Part shown: positions 34,046-42,573 of the stretch, piece after piece
Position numbering within the stretch: position 1 is the first letter of the stretch
Layout of the letters: each line of letters starts with the position of its first letter
NCBI GenBank assembly: GCA_964598535.1
Contig: CAZRCI010000005.1
Location: 66,287 to 130,286 of the forward strand
DNA from: an uncultured Planctomycetaceae bacterium
GTDB taxonomy: Bacteria; Planctomycetota; Planctomycetia; Pirellulales; PALSA-1355
DNA: 64,000 nucleotides
Direction: 5' to 3'
Notes under the pieces: model-generated
Databases searched by the model: none
Told to the model about the DNA's origin: nothing
What the model saw: only the letters and a program-made list of their open reading frames with translations
Made by a program: the position numbers and the translations under genes

Positions 34046-35671
34046 TTGCTTTCGAAGTGGCCCATTCGCAATAAGCTCTGGTTCGGTGTCGGTTGCCTGG
34101 TGGTGATCGTCGCCACGCTGTCGGCGAGCGGCTTTCTCGGCGTGTACTCGTACCGGGCTCTCGTGCGCAGTCTGCGCGGCCGGGCCGAAGAGTTGCCAGT
34201 TGCCGGTGAATTAGCCCGCGGCGTCAGCGAGTTGCGCGTCTCGGTGGGCGAAGCCAGCAGCATCCGCTGGGTGAACATGCAAGGGCAGCCCATCATGCCG
34301 CTCGAGCAGTTCGAAAATCCGTTTCTCGTGCAGCGGTTCAATGACGGGTTGGAACGTGTGAACCGCACGCTCGAGGATTATCGGCTACAGCTCATCGAGT
34401 TGGGCCACGACAATCCCAAGGCCTCGGCAATCAACGACTCGAGCGCCGAGTGGCAGACCGTTCATAAAATCGAACGCCTGCTCGACCGGGTGCAAGACAT
34501 CACGCTGGATTTGAATTGGCCCAGCAGCGAAAAGCAGACCAAAGAACTGAGCGCTCAGCTCGAACAGCTTCAGCAGTTGACGTTCGAGCTCCCCAGCTAT
34601 CTGCACGAACGAATTCATGGCTTTGCCGACGAGGTCAAAGGCAAATACCGGGCATTGATCGGCATCACTTATGTCACGTCGATTCTCGCGGCGCTGCTGC
34701 TGTTTCTGGTCGTTCGGCTGTTTTACAGTTGGGTATTCTCGCCGCTAAAGAAGCTCGTGCACGGAGCCCGCCGAGTCGCCGCCGGCGAGTTCGGCTATCG
34801 GATTACGCTCAATACTCACGACGAGATGGGGGAACTGGCCGCGGCGATGAACGACACCACTGCGCGGTTCGAGGCGATTCGAGACGATCTCGATCGCCAG
34901 GTTCGCGAACGGACCAAGCAAGTGGTGCGCAGCGAGCAATTGGCTAGCGTGGGTTTTCTAGCCGCCGGCGTGGCCCACGAGATCAACAATCCGTTGGCCT
35001 CGATCGCGCTCTGCGCCGAGTCGCTCGAAAGCCGTGTGGAAGAAGTGCTCAACGCGGCTCCCACGGTCGCGGACGCCGACCGCGACTGCATCCGCAACTA
35101 TCTGCGGATGGTGCAGGAAGAAGCCTTTCGCGTGAAGGGGATCACCGAGCGGCTTTTGGATTTTTCGCGGATGGGCGACATTACCCGGCAGTCGACCGAC
35201 CTGCGCGAGTTGATTCAGAGCGTGATCGACATGGTGGGGCACTTGGGACGCTATCAGGACAAGCGCATCGAGCTGGCGCCCGGCGACGGCGTGATTGCGC
35301 CGGTCAATCCGCAAGAGATGAAGCAGGTTGTCCTGAACCTGATCACGAACGGCCTCGACAGCCTTTCGCCGGGGGGGCTGCTGCTCGTCGAGTTGACGCG
35401 TTCGCGAGCGACCGCCGAAATCGTGTTCACCGACAATGGTTGCGGCATGAACGAGGACGTGCTCAAGCATCTGTTCGAGCCGTTCTTTACGCGCCGCCGC
35501 AACGGGCAGGGCACGGGGCTGGGGCTTTCGATTACCTATCGCATCGTCGCCGACCACGGCGGACAGATCGACGGACATAGTGATGGGCCGGGCAAGGGCT
35601 CGCGATTCCGCGTCTCCCTGCCGCTGGCCGAGAAACAGAAGGAGAGTGGCCATCGCAACCAAGCCGCATAA
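34046..35671 (+). CDS. Sensor histidine kinase (TM-sensor-HAMP-HisKA-HATPase)
   Basis: TTG start preceded by AAGGAGG at 34032-34038. H-box AHEINNPLA, N/G boxes DNGCGM and GTGLGLS, and a HAMP-like segment before the H-box. Confidence 0.92.
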   Translation: MLSKWPIRNKLWFGVGCLVVIVATLSASGFLGVYSYRALVRSLRGRAEELPVAGELARGVSELRVSVGEASSIRWVNMQGQPIMPLEQFENPFLVQRFNDGLERVNRTLEDYRLQLIELGHDNPKASAINDSSAEWQTVHKIERLLDRVQDITLDLNWPSSEKQTKELSAQLEQLQQLTFELPSYLHERIHGFADEVKGKYRALIGITYVTSILAALLLFLVVRLFYSWVFSPLKKLVHGARRVAAGEFGYRITLNTHDEMGELAAAMNDTTARFEAIRDDLDRQVRERTKQVVRSEQLASVGFLAAGVAHEINNPLASIALCAESLESRVEEVLNAAPTVADADRDCIRNYLRMVQEEAFRVKGITERLLDFSRMGDITRQSTDLRELIQSVIDMVGHLGRYQDKRIELAPGDGVIAPVNPQEMKQVVLNLITNGLDSLSPGGLLLVELTRSRATAEIVFTDNGCGMNEDVLKHLFEPFFTRRRNGQGTGLGLSITYRIVADHGGQIDGHSDGPGKGSRFRVSLPLAEKQKESGHRNQAA

Positions 35672-37082
35672 CCGCCTCAAGCTGTTGTTCGCAGACGACG
35701 AACGCTCGCTTCAGGAATTGATGAAAATCGAGCTGCCGCGGATGGGGCACGATGTAACGGTCTGTCCGGACGGCCTCACCGCGGTCGCCGCGCTCGAACG
35801 CAATACCTACGATTGCATCTTGGTCGATTTGGATATGCCCGGCCTCACCGGCATCGAGGTGATCGCCAAGGCCAAGGAGCTTTCGCCCCAGACCGAAGCC
35901 GTGGTGCTTACCGGCAAATCGTCGATGGAGACGGCGATCTCGGCATTGCGCTACGGAGCGTTCGACTATCTGACCAAGCCTTGCAAGCTGGTTGAGCTTC
36001 AGACATTGCTGCGGCGCGTGGCCGACAAACGCGAACTGACGAACAAGTATCTGGCGATCAAGCGGCAACTCGAACGCGTCGAAGGCAAGAGCCAGCTCAT
36101 TGGCGACAGTGCCGCCATGGAACGTGTGCGAAAGCTGATTGCCAAGGTGGCGCCCACCAATAGCACGGCCATGATTCTGGGCGAAACCGGCACCGGAAAG
36201 GAACTGGTGGCCCGGGCGCTGCACGACCAGAGTTTGCGCGCGGAGATGCCCTTCGTGGCGATCAACTGTGGAGCGCTGCCGGAAAGCCTGATCGAAAGCG
36301 AGTTGTTCGGGCACCGCCGCGGCAGCTTCACCGGCGCCGATGAACACCGCGTGGGATTGTTCGAAGTGGCCAACGGCGGCACGCTGTTCCTGGATGAGAT
36401 CGGTGAACTTCCCAAGCCAATGCAGGCCAAGCTGCTGCGCGTCCTCGAATGCGGCGAGATTCGCCGCGTGGGCGAGAACGATTCGTTCACGGTTGACGTT
36501 CGCGTGGTGTGCGCCACGCACCGCAACCTGGAGCAGATGGTCGACGAAGGGGAATTCCGCGAAGATCTGATGTTCCGCATCAACACGTTTGAGATTCATT
36601 TGCCGCCACTGCGCGAGCGGACAGGCGACATCGAACTGCTCGCGCGGCATTTGCTCAAGCGATTTCGCCGCGGAGTCCGGATGGACGAGGAACAATTTAC
36701 GCTGGAAGCGATTCGAGTTCTCAACGAATATTCCTGGCCGGGCAACGTTCGCGAATTGGCGAACGTTATCGAGTATGCCACGATCTTGTGCGAGGAAGGG
36801 CCCATCGGTCCGGAACACCTGCCGCAGCGGTTTGACGGCCGCCGCGTGCGGTCGTCTATCGCGGTGCCGGCAAGCTCGCCGGGCGGAGCCGTGCCGCTGA
36901 AAGCCGTACCCTCGAATTCCGGGCCGCAGACCCTGCGCGAGATCGAGATGCAAGTGATCTATCAGACGCTCGACCGCCTGGGAGGTAACAAACCCAAGAC
37001 CGCCGAAGAGTTGGGCATCAGCTTGAAAACGCTCTACAACAAGCTGAACCAGTCGAGCGCGCCGCTGGAGCGGTCGGCGTAG
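35646..37082 (+). CDS. NtrC-family sigma-54-dependent response regulator (REC-AAA+-HTH)
   Basis: Receiver domain (LLFADDE...ILVDLDMPGLTG...YLTKP). AAA+ module with GETGTGKE, ESELFGHRRGSFTGA (a GAFTGA variant) and GGTLFLDEI. Fis-type HTH at the C-terminus. The start is uncertain: GTG 35646 overlaps the kinase gene by 26 nt. Confidence 0.9.
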   Translation: MAIATKPHNRLKLLFADDERSLQELMKIELPRMGHDVTVCPDGLTAVAALERNTYDCILVDLDMPGLTGIEVIAKAKELSPQTEAVVLTGKSSMETAISALRYGAFDYLTKPCKLVELQTLLRRVADKRELTNKYLAIKRQLERVEGKSQLIGDSAAMERVRKLIAKVAPTNSTAMILGETGTGKELVARALHDQSLRAEMPFVAINCGALPESLIESELFGHRRGSFTGADEHRVGLFEVANGGTLFLDEIGELPKPMQAKLLRVLECGEIRRVGENDSFTVDVRVVCATHRNLEQMVDEGEFREDLMFRINTFEIHLPPLRERTGDIELLARHLLKRFRRGVRMDEEQFTLEAIRVLNEYSWPGNVRELANVIEYATILCEEGPIGPEHLPQRFDGRRVRSSIAVPASSPGGAVPLKAVPSNSGPQTLREIEMQVIYQTLDRLGGNKPKTAEELGISLKTLYNKLNQSSAPLERSA

Positions 37083-37127
37083 TGCCGACTTCCGAATTTG
37101 GAGGCCCGACGCCGTTAATCTACGCGG

Positions 37128-37733
37128 TTACTCGACCTGCCGCACGACGCCAACGACGACGCCGAGAATCTTCGCGTTCTTGACGAAGATCGGCTTCATC
37201 GTGGCATTGGCCGGCTCGAGCCGGATGCGATTCTTCTCAAGATAAAAACGCTTGAGCGTCGCCTCGCCCTCGTCGGTCTGGACGACGGCAATCTGGCCGT
37301 CCCGCGCCGTGCGCTGCTTGCGAACGACGACGAAATCGCCGTCGGCAATTTGGGCATCAATCATCGACTCGCCCGTGACTTGCAGGACGAACTGATTCTT
37401 TTGATCGAACATGCTGCCGAAATTGATGCGTTCGTCTTGCTCGATCGCCTCGTGCAGCACGCCAGCGGCAATGCGCCCGGCCAGAACCAGGCCGCGTTCT
37501 TCTTCGATGGGCTCGGCGGCCAATTGAATCGCCCGCGACATGTTCTTTTCGCGCGTGATGAGCCCTTTTTTCTCAAGCGCCTTGAGGTGGCACATGACAC
37601 CGTTGGGCGAACTGATCTGGAAGTGATCTCCAATTTCGCGAACGGTCGGACCGTAACCGCGTCCGCGGATTTTGTCGCGAATGAATTCGTAGACGTCCTT
37701 TTGACGCTCGGTCAATTGTTCCATCACGGACAT
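37128..37733 (-). CDS. lexA: LexA repressor
   Basis: 201 aa with an N-terminal winged HTH (LTERQKDVYEFIRD...GYGPTVREIGDHF), an A-G cleavage site region (VLAGRIAAG) and the S24 peptidase Ser/Lys (VTGESM...VVRK). Confidence 0.95.
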   Translation of the reverse strand: MSVMEQLTERQKDVYEFIRDKIRGRGYGPTVREIGDHFQISSPNGVMCHLKALEKKGLITREKNMSRAIQLAAEPIEEERGLVLAGRIAAGVLHEAIEQDERINFGSMFDQKNQFVLQVTGESMIDAQIADGDFVVVRKQRTARDGQIAVVQTDEGEATLKRFYLEKNRIRLEPANATMKPIFVKNAKILGVVVGVVRQVE

Positions 37734-37848
37734 GAGGCTGAGCCTTCCTATATGAGTGGCGCCCTGGCTCCCTGGATAAGCAGCCGCGTCAGAAGCGGGC
37801 TGATAAATGGCGGTGGGGCCGGATCGCGCCCTCCATCATAATATACGG

Positions 37849-37878
37849 GTGTACATAATCAATAGCATCTGTACACCA
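37849..37878 (-). promoter_or_regulatory. Inverted repeat upstream of lexA (candidate LexA operator / SOS box)
   Basis: GGTGTACA-N14-TGTACACC, with each arm containing the palindrome TGTACA. It sits in an AT-rich patch 116-145 nt upstream of the lexA ATG, next to TATATTAT on the coding strand. Confidence 0.35.
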
Positions 37879-37995
37879 TCGGCCGGGAGGGCCGCGATTC
37901 TGGAGTGAAATGCCGTGGGAGTCGACGCATGAAATATGCGCAGCGCGCCCCATGCTAGCACGGTGGACAGTGGGCGTCGCACGACTGGCAGGCCG

Positions 37996-39945
37996 TTAGA
38001 GCGGCTCGCCGTTCCAGCGCACGAAGCCTTCGAGGGCGAAGTATTCAGGGAGGCCAAATTGATTGTAAACCGCGGCCGTGTTGCGATTGCGGTCTTCGGC
38101 ACGCTGCCAGAACTCGCGCGGATCGTCCGGTCCCGGAAACAGGGCCGAGTCTTTTTGCGACTCGTGCATGAAGATCGCCTGGCGCTTTTGTCGCAGGTCG
38201 CGCGGCGAGAGCGGAATGGCGATTTCAATTTCGTGCGGAGCCCATTCCTGCCAGGCGCCGCGATAGAGCAGCACCTCGGGGCGCGAACCGGTGTCGCGTT
38301 CCAACTCGTACATTGCGCGGAAGATCGCTTCGGCACAAACGCGGTGTGTGCCGTGTGGGTCCGAGAGGTCGCCGGCCACATAGATCTGCGCCGGCTGTAC
38401 GCGCTCGACCAATTGACGAACGATCGCGACGTCTTCCTCGGTGATTGGCTTCTTGGCGATCGTGCCGGTTTGATAGAACGGCAGATCGAGAAAGTGCAGG
38501 TGCTCCTCGCGACAGCCGGCCACGATGGCGCCGGCCTTGGCTTCGCTCCAGCGGATGAGCGCCTTGATCTTGAGCACTTCGGGACTATCGCTCTCGCCGG
38601 CGCCCTTGGTGGCGACCGCCCGGGCCACGCTGTCTTCAAGGGCCGGGGAACGATCGCTATCGATGCCGAACAGGCGGTTATATTCGGTGACCATGTCGGC
38701 GATGCGCACGGCGTCGTGATCGAACACCGCGATGTTGCCGCTGGTCATGTAGGCGACGTGGACTTCGTGCTGGTCTTCGACCAGGCGGATGAGCGTGCCG
38801 CCCATCGAGATCACGTCGTCGTCCGGGTGCGGGCTGAAGCAGATGACTCGTTTATGCTCGCGGCCTGCCGGATGGTATTCGATCGTGTCCATCATCCAGC
38901 GAAACACGCGATGCGCCACGCGTTCCGCCGGGCCGTGATGACGCAGCAGTTGGTGCAGGTTGTGCTTGCGAAAGTCGTCGTCGTCGAGCATCAGCAGGGC
39001 CTTGCCCGACTGTTCGCAGAGCCAGAGCACGGCTCGCTTGATCAGGACGTCGGTCCATTCGACCTTGCCGAGCAGCCACGGCGTGGTCGTGGCGGTAAGC
39101 TTGCTGGCGGCGGCGGTATCGAGCAGCAGCGTGGCGTTGGCGTGCTCGCGCAGGTAGCAGGCGGGAACGCGCGGCGTGGCGGGGGCTTCGGCCGTTTCGC
39201 GAATCACGCCGGCTTTGTGTTCGCCCTGCGCGATGAGCAGAATCTTGCGCGCGTCGAGAATCGTCCCCAGCCCCATCGTGATGGCTTGTGTGGGAACATT
39301 TTCTTCGCTGAAGAAATCGCTGGCCGCGTCGCGCCGGGTGAGCGGGTCGAGCGTGCAGACGCGGGTCCGGCTGTCGCGCGTGCTGAACGGCTCGTTGAAC
39401 CCAATGTGGCCGTTGCGGCCGATGCCCAGGATCTGCAGATCGATGCCTCCGGCCTCGCGTATCTTGGCTTCGTACCAGCGGCAATAGTCGTCGAGTTTTT
39501 CGGGCGGGGTGAGCCCGTCGGGGATGAAAATGTTCTCGGGCTTGACGTTGATGTCCTTGAACAAGTGTTCGTGCATCCAGCGGCGGTAGCTTTGCAGGCG
39601 ATCTTCGCCGAGGCCGAGGTACTCGTCGAGGTTGAACGTGACGACGCCGGAGAAGTCGAGCCCCTCGTCCTTATGGAGCCGGGCAAGTTCGCGGTAGATG
39701 CCGACCGGCGTGCTGCCGGTTGGGAGACCGAGGACGGCCCGCTGTCCAAGCGCGGCGCGGTCGCGAATGACGCCGGCGATCATTCCGGCGACGAAGCGGG
39801 CAAGTTGTTCGTGCGAATCGAAGACGTACGTGGGGAGGGCGGTGCCCACGAGCGGGCCCAGTGGCGGCGTGTCGATCATCGGAGCAAGGAGGTTCCCAAA
39901 GCCATGTGGAATGGAACCATCGAGTATGGCGAATTGAGGGCGCAA
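37996..39945 (-). CDS. nagB: Long-form glucosamine-6-phosphate deaminase (NagB domain fused to LmbE/PIG-L-like domain)
   Basis: The N-terminal ~260 aa are NagB-like (LGLPTGSTPVGIY, FNLDEY, GIGRNGHIGFNEP). The C-terminal half carries the PIG-L signature (FSPHPDDDVISMGGT...HVAYMTSG). The start may instead be ATG 39879. Confidence 0.88.
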   Translation of the reverse strand: MRPQFAILDGSIPHGFGNLLAPMIDTPPLGPLVGTALPTYVFDSHEQLARFVAGMIAGVIRDRAALGQRAVLGLPTGSTPVGIYRELARLHKDEGLDFSGVVTFNLDEYLGLGEDRLQSYRRWMHEHLFKDINVKPENIFIPDGLTPPEKLDDYCRWYEAKIREAGGIDLQILGIGRNGHIGFNEPFSTRDSRTRVCTLDPLTRRDAASDFFSEENVPTQAITMGLGTILDARKILLIAQGEHKAGVIRETAEAPATPRVPACYLREHANATLLLDTAAASKLTATTTPWLLGKVEWTDVLIKRAVLWLCEQSGKALLMLDDDDFRKHNLHQLLRHHGPAERVAHRVFRWMMDTIEYHPAGREHKRVICFSPHPDDDVISMGGTLIRLVEDQHEVHVAYMTSGNIAVFDHDAVRIADMVTEYNRLFGIDSDRSPALEDSVARAVATKGAGESDSPEVLKIKALIRWSEAKAGAIVAGCREEHLHFLDLPFYQTGTIAKKPITEEDVAIVRQLVERVQPAQIYVAGDLSDPHGTHRVCAEAIFRAMYELERDTGSRPEVLLYRGAWQEWAPHEIEIAIPLSPRDLRQKRQAIFMHESQKDSALFPGPDDPREFWQRAEDRNRNTAAVYNQFGLPEYFALEGFVRWNGEPL

Positions 39946-40013
39946 GGGCTAGGGGTGGAGAGGATCCGTGCGCGAGCGCGGAGGTGTATTTACCGCGATC
40001 TGCCAGGCCCTGT

Positions 40014-40829
40014 TCAGGGGCTCTCGGCCACCGGTTCGCCCGCCTCCCTGGTCAGGCGCGCACGCAACTCGTCGACCGGCATTGTGTTGTTCAGGAACCT
40101 AGTAGAACCATCGGCATAGGCGACGTGCGCACCTTCTAGATGCCCGCTCGAAATGGCGAACTTGACATGCGGCGGATTCACGCCTTGCATGGCTTGCTCC
40201 CAGGGGAGGTCGCGCGGCTCGGCCCAGTGAATGCCAGAATTTGCCACCTCGACAAGCAAGATCGTTTGGCTTGGCCCATCGGTAATTTGCCGGATGCGGA
40301 TACCACGTTTGTCGGCCCAAATGCCGTCTGGACCGACGACGGCGAGGTAGCTCGCCTCGAACGGTTCACCGCCGCCAGAAGGGCAGTGAAACAACCTGGG
40401 ATCGATCTTCTCCAGGATTGGCCAATTGCGCGGACTGTTCCAGGGCTGCTTCAAATCCAACTCCAGGTACGCGATGGTTTCTTCGAGATAGGGCAGGATC
40501 AGCACACGCCAGCTATGCAGAGGATTGCCGTATTCGTCATAGGTGCAGGCGGGCGGAAAGCGTCTGTGCCGATCGTGGTAGTTTTGAAGCGCGACGGCGA
40601 GCTGCTTCATCCTATTTTTGCAAAGATGAGCGGGGCTGGGCGTGCGTCGCGTCTGGATCGCGGGAAGCAACAAAGATGCCATAAAGATCAGTAGAAGCAA
40701 CACAGCAGCAGAGCCGAGGCAGGATATCCCACAACCAGCGGGGCGTTTGCTTGTGGGTGGCGTTGTGTCTGGAGGTTGCGGTGCGTCTTGTTCCGCGGAC
40801 ATGACGGATGCCTCGACGACAGGTGGCAT
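40014..40829 (-). CDS. DUF1559-family (H-X9-DG) pseudopilin-like protein with atypical N-terminus
   Basis: Conserved LLPAIQ...CKNRMKQLAVALQNYHD and a C-terminal HLEGAHVAYADGSTRFL (H-X9-DG). The usual GFTLVELLVV prepilin motif is replaced by CGISCLGSAAVLLLLIF. Confidence 0.85.
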   Translation of the reverse strand: MPPVVEASVMSAEQDAPQPPDTTPPTSKRPAGCGISCLGSAAVLLLLIFMASLLLPAIQTRRTPSPAHLCKNRMKQLAVALQNYHDRHRRFPPACTYDEYGNPLHSWRVLILPYLEETIAYLELDLKQPWNSPRNWPILEKIDPRLFHCPSGGGEPFEASYLAVVGPDGIWADKRGIRIRQITDGPSQTILLVEVANSGIHWAEPRDLPWEQAMQGVNPPHVKFAISSGHLEGAHVAYADGSTRFLNNTMPVDELRARLTREAGEPVAESP

Positions 40830-40968
40830 TGGCGCGGGGATACCACAAGTTCCATCCTACCAGAATTCGATTTTGGGCGCGGGGGGCGCAACTCCAACGT
40901 GGCAACCCCTCCGCGTTCGAGTCGTACGCGTCGAGAAGGGGTAGGAATATCGCCCCGCGACGGGCTCG

Positions 40969-42399
40969 CTAAACCGTGATCTCGGCTTCGCCGGCGAGCC
41001 GCTGCGGATGGCGTGTGAGAATCGGATCGACGACTTCCGCTAGGAACTCGTCGACCTGCTCCGGCGCGCGGCCCACGAAGCGAGCCGGATCGACCATCTC
41101 TGCCAGATCGACCGACTGGAATGCCTCGTCGTTGGCCAGCCGTTGCATGAGATCGTTGGCCAGCCCGCGTTGTTTCACTTCAGCCGCTGCGGCTTGGCTG
41201 TGCTGGCGAATGCGTTCGTGCAAGTCCTGACGATCGCCGCCAGCGGCAACGGCCGCCATCAGGATCGCTTCGGTAGCCATGAAGGGGAGTTCCTCGGCCA
41301 GATGTCGACCGATTACCTGGGGATAAACGACGAGGCCGTTCGCCACGTTTTCGTAAAGCAGCAGCAGGGCGTCGATCGCCAGAAACGCTTGAGGTAGTAC
41401 CAGCCGGCGGTTGGCGCTGTCGTCGAGCGTGCGTTCGAGCCATTGCGTGGCCAGCGTATTAGCCGCGCTCGATTGCAGGCTGATCACGTATCGGGCGAGG
41501 CCGCAGATGCGCTCCGAACGCATGGGGTTGCGTTTGTAAGCCATCGCCGAGGAGCCGATCTGGTGCTTTTCAAACGGCTCTTCGATTTCCTTGCGGCTCT
41601 GGAGAATTCGCAGATCGGTGGCGGCCTTGTGGGCGCTGCCCGCGATGCCGGCCAGCACGTCGACCACTTGGACGTCGACCTTGCGCGAATAGGTTTGCCC
41701 GGTCACGGCGTAGCTGCTGTCGAAGCCGAGCTTCTTGGAAACTAGTGCGTCGAGCTGGCGGACCTTGGCATGATCACCGTGGAAGAGCTCCAGAAAACTG
41801 GCTTGCGTACCGGTGGTGCCTTTGACGCCGCGCGCCTTGAGCGTGGCGATGCGGTGTTCGAGGTCGTCGAGATCTTGAACGAGGTCGTAAATCCAGAGCG
41901 TGGTGCGTTTGCCGACGGTCGTGGGCTGGGCCGGCTGCAAGTGCGTGAAGCCCAGGCAAGCGAGATCGCGATATTGCCGGGCGAATTCGCTGAGCCGGGC
42001 GATGACCGCGACCAATCGTTCGCGGACGAGTTCGAGCGCCTCGCGCATCAGGATCAAGTCGGTATTGTCGGTGACATAGCAACTCGTGGCGCCCAGATGG
42101 ATGATCGCCCGAGCTGCGGGGGCGGCATCGCCATACGTATGGACGTGGGCCATCACGTCGTGGCGCAGCTTGCGTTCGTAATCGGCCGCCTTGGTGAAAT
42201 CGATATCGTCCGTGTGGGCAGCGAGCTCCTCGATTTGCTGCTTGCTGATCGGGAGTCCCAACTCGGCTTCGGCTTCGGCCAGAGCCACCCAAAGCCGGCG
42301 CCAGGTACTGAACTTTCGCTGGGGGCCCCAAAGGGTTGCCATTTGGCGCGAGGCATAACGTTCGATCAGCGGATTGGCGTACACGGAGGCGTCGGACAT
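40969..42399 (-). CDS. purB: Adenylosuccinate lyase
   Basis: 476 aa. The N-terminus ([12 protein letters not shown]) and the fumarate-lyase signature ([15 protein letters not shown]) match PurB. Confidence 0.96.
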   Translation of the reverse strand: MSDASVYANPLIERYASRQMATLWGPQRKFSTWRRLWVALAEAEAELGLPISKQQIEELAAHTDDIDFTKAADYERKLRHDVMAHVHTYGDAAPAARAIIHLGATSCYVTDNTDLILMREALELVRERLVAVIARLSEFARQYRDLACLGFTHLQPAQPTTVGKRTTLWIYDLVQDLDDLEHRIATLKARGVKGTTGTQASFLELFHGDHAKVRQLDALVSKKLGFDSSYAVTGQTYSRKVDVQVVDVLAGIAGSAHKAATDLRILQSRKEIEEPFEKHQIGSSAMAYKRNPMRSERICGLARYVISLQSSAANTLATQWLERTLDDSANRRLVLPQAFLAIDALLLLYENVANGLVVYPQVIGRHLAEELPFMATEAILMAAVAAGGDRQDLHERIRQHSQAAAAEVKQRGLANDLMQRLANDEAFQSVDLAEMVDPARFVGRAPEQVDEFLAEVVDPILTRHPQRLAGEAEITV

Positions 42400-42405
42400 G
42401 AGGGC

Positions 42406-42434
42406 TTATTACAGCAAGAGTTGTCGAATTGCAA
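42406..42434 (-). promoter_or_regulatory. Sigma-70-like promoter abutting the purB start codon (leaderless geometry)
   Basis: On the minus strand: TTGCAA (42434-42429), a 17-nt spacer, TAATAA (42411-42406), then GCCCTC and the ATG at 42399. There is no SD. Confidence 0.35.
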
Positions 42435-42573
42435 AAGAACTAAGTTACCACCTGGAAGGATGAAAGCCCAGGGAAGGCAAGTCGCCAGGAAGACCGACTC
42501 GAACGAGAAACTCCTTCCCGGGATAGTATTTCCCGGGCCTTGCGTTGCGCGTGAAAAAAACCGATGGTCAGCG

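Noticed and set aside
37936-40119. 727-aa plus-strand ORF overlapping nagB and the DUF1559 gene
   Set aside because: Shadow ORF opposite two recognisable minus-strand genes, with no motifs. The same reasoning applies to 35532-36953(-), 45020-46417(-), 41770-42825(+), 43087-44151(+), 50339-51352(+), 57960-58982(-), 27141-28064(-), 9005-10195(-) and 55126-56175(-).
40905-40935. tRNA-like T-loop string GTTCGAGTC
   Set aside because: The flanking bases cannot form a T-stem, and no acceptor or anticodon arms can be drawn. This is a chance match.
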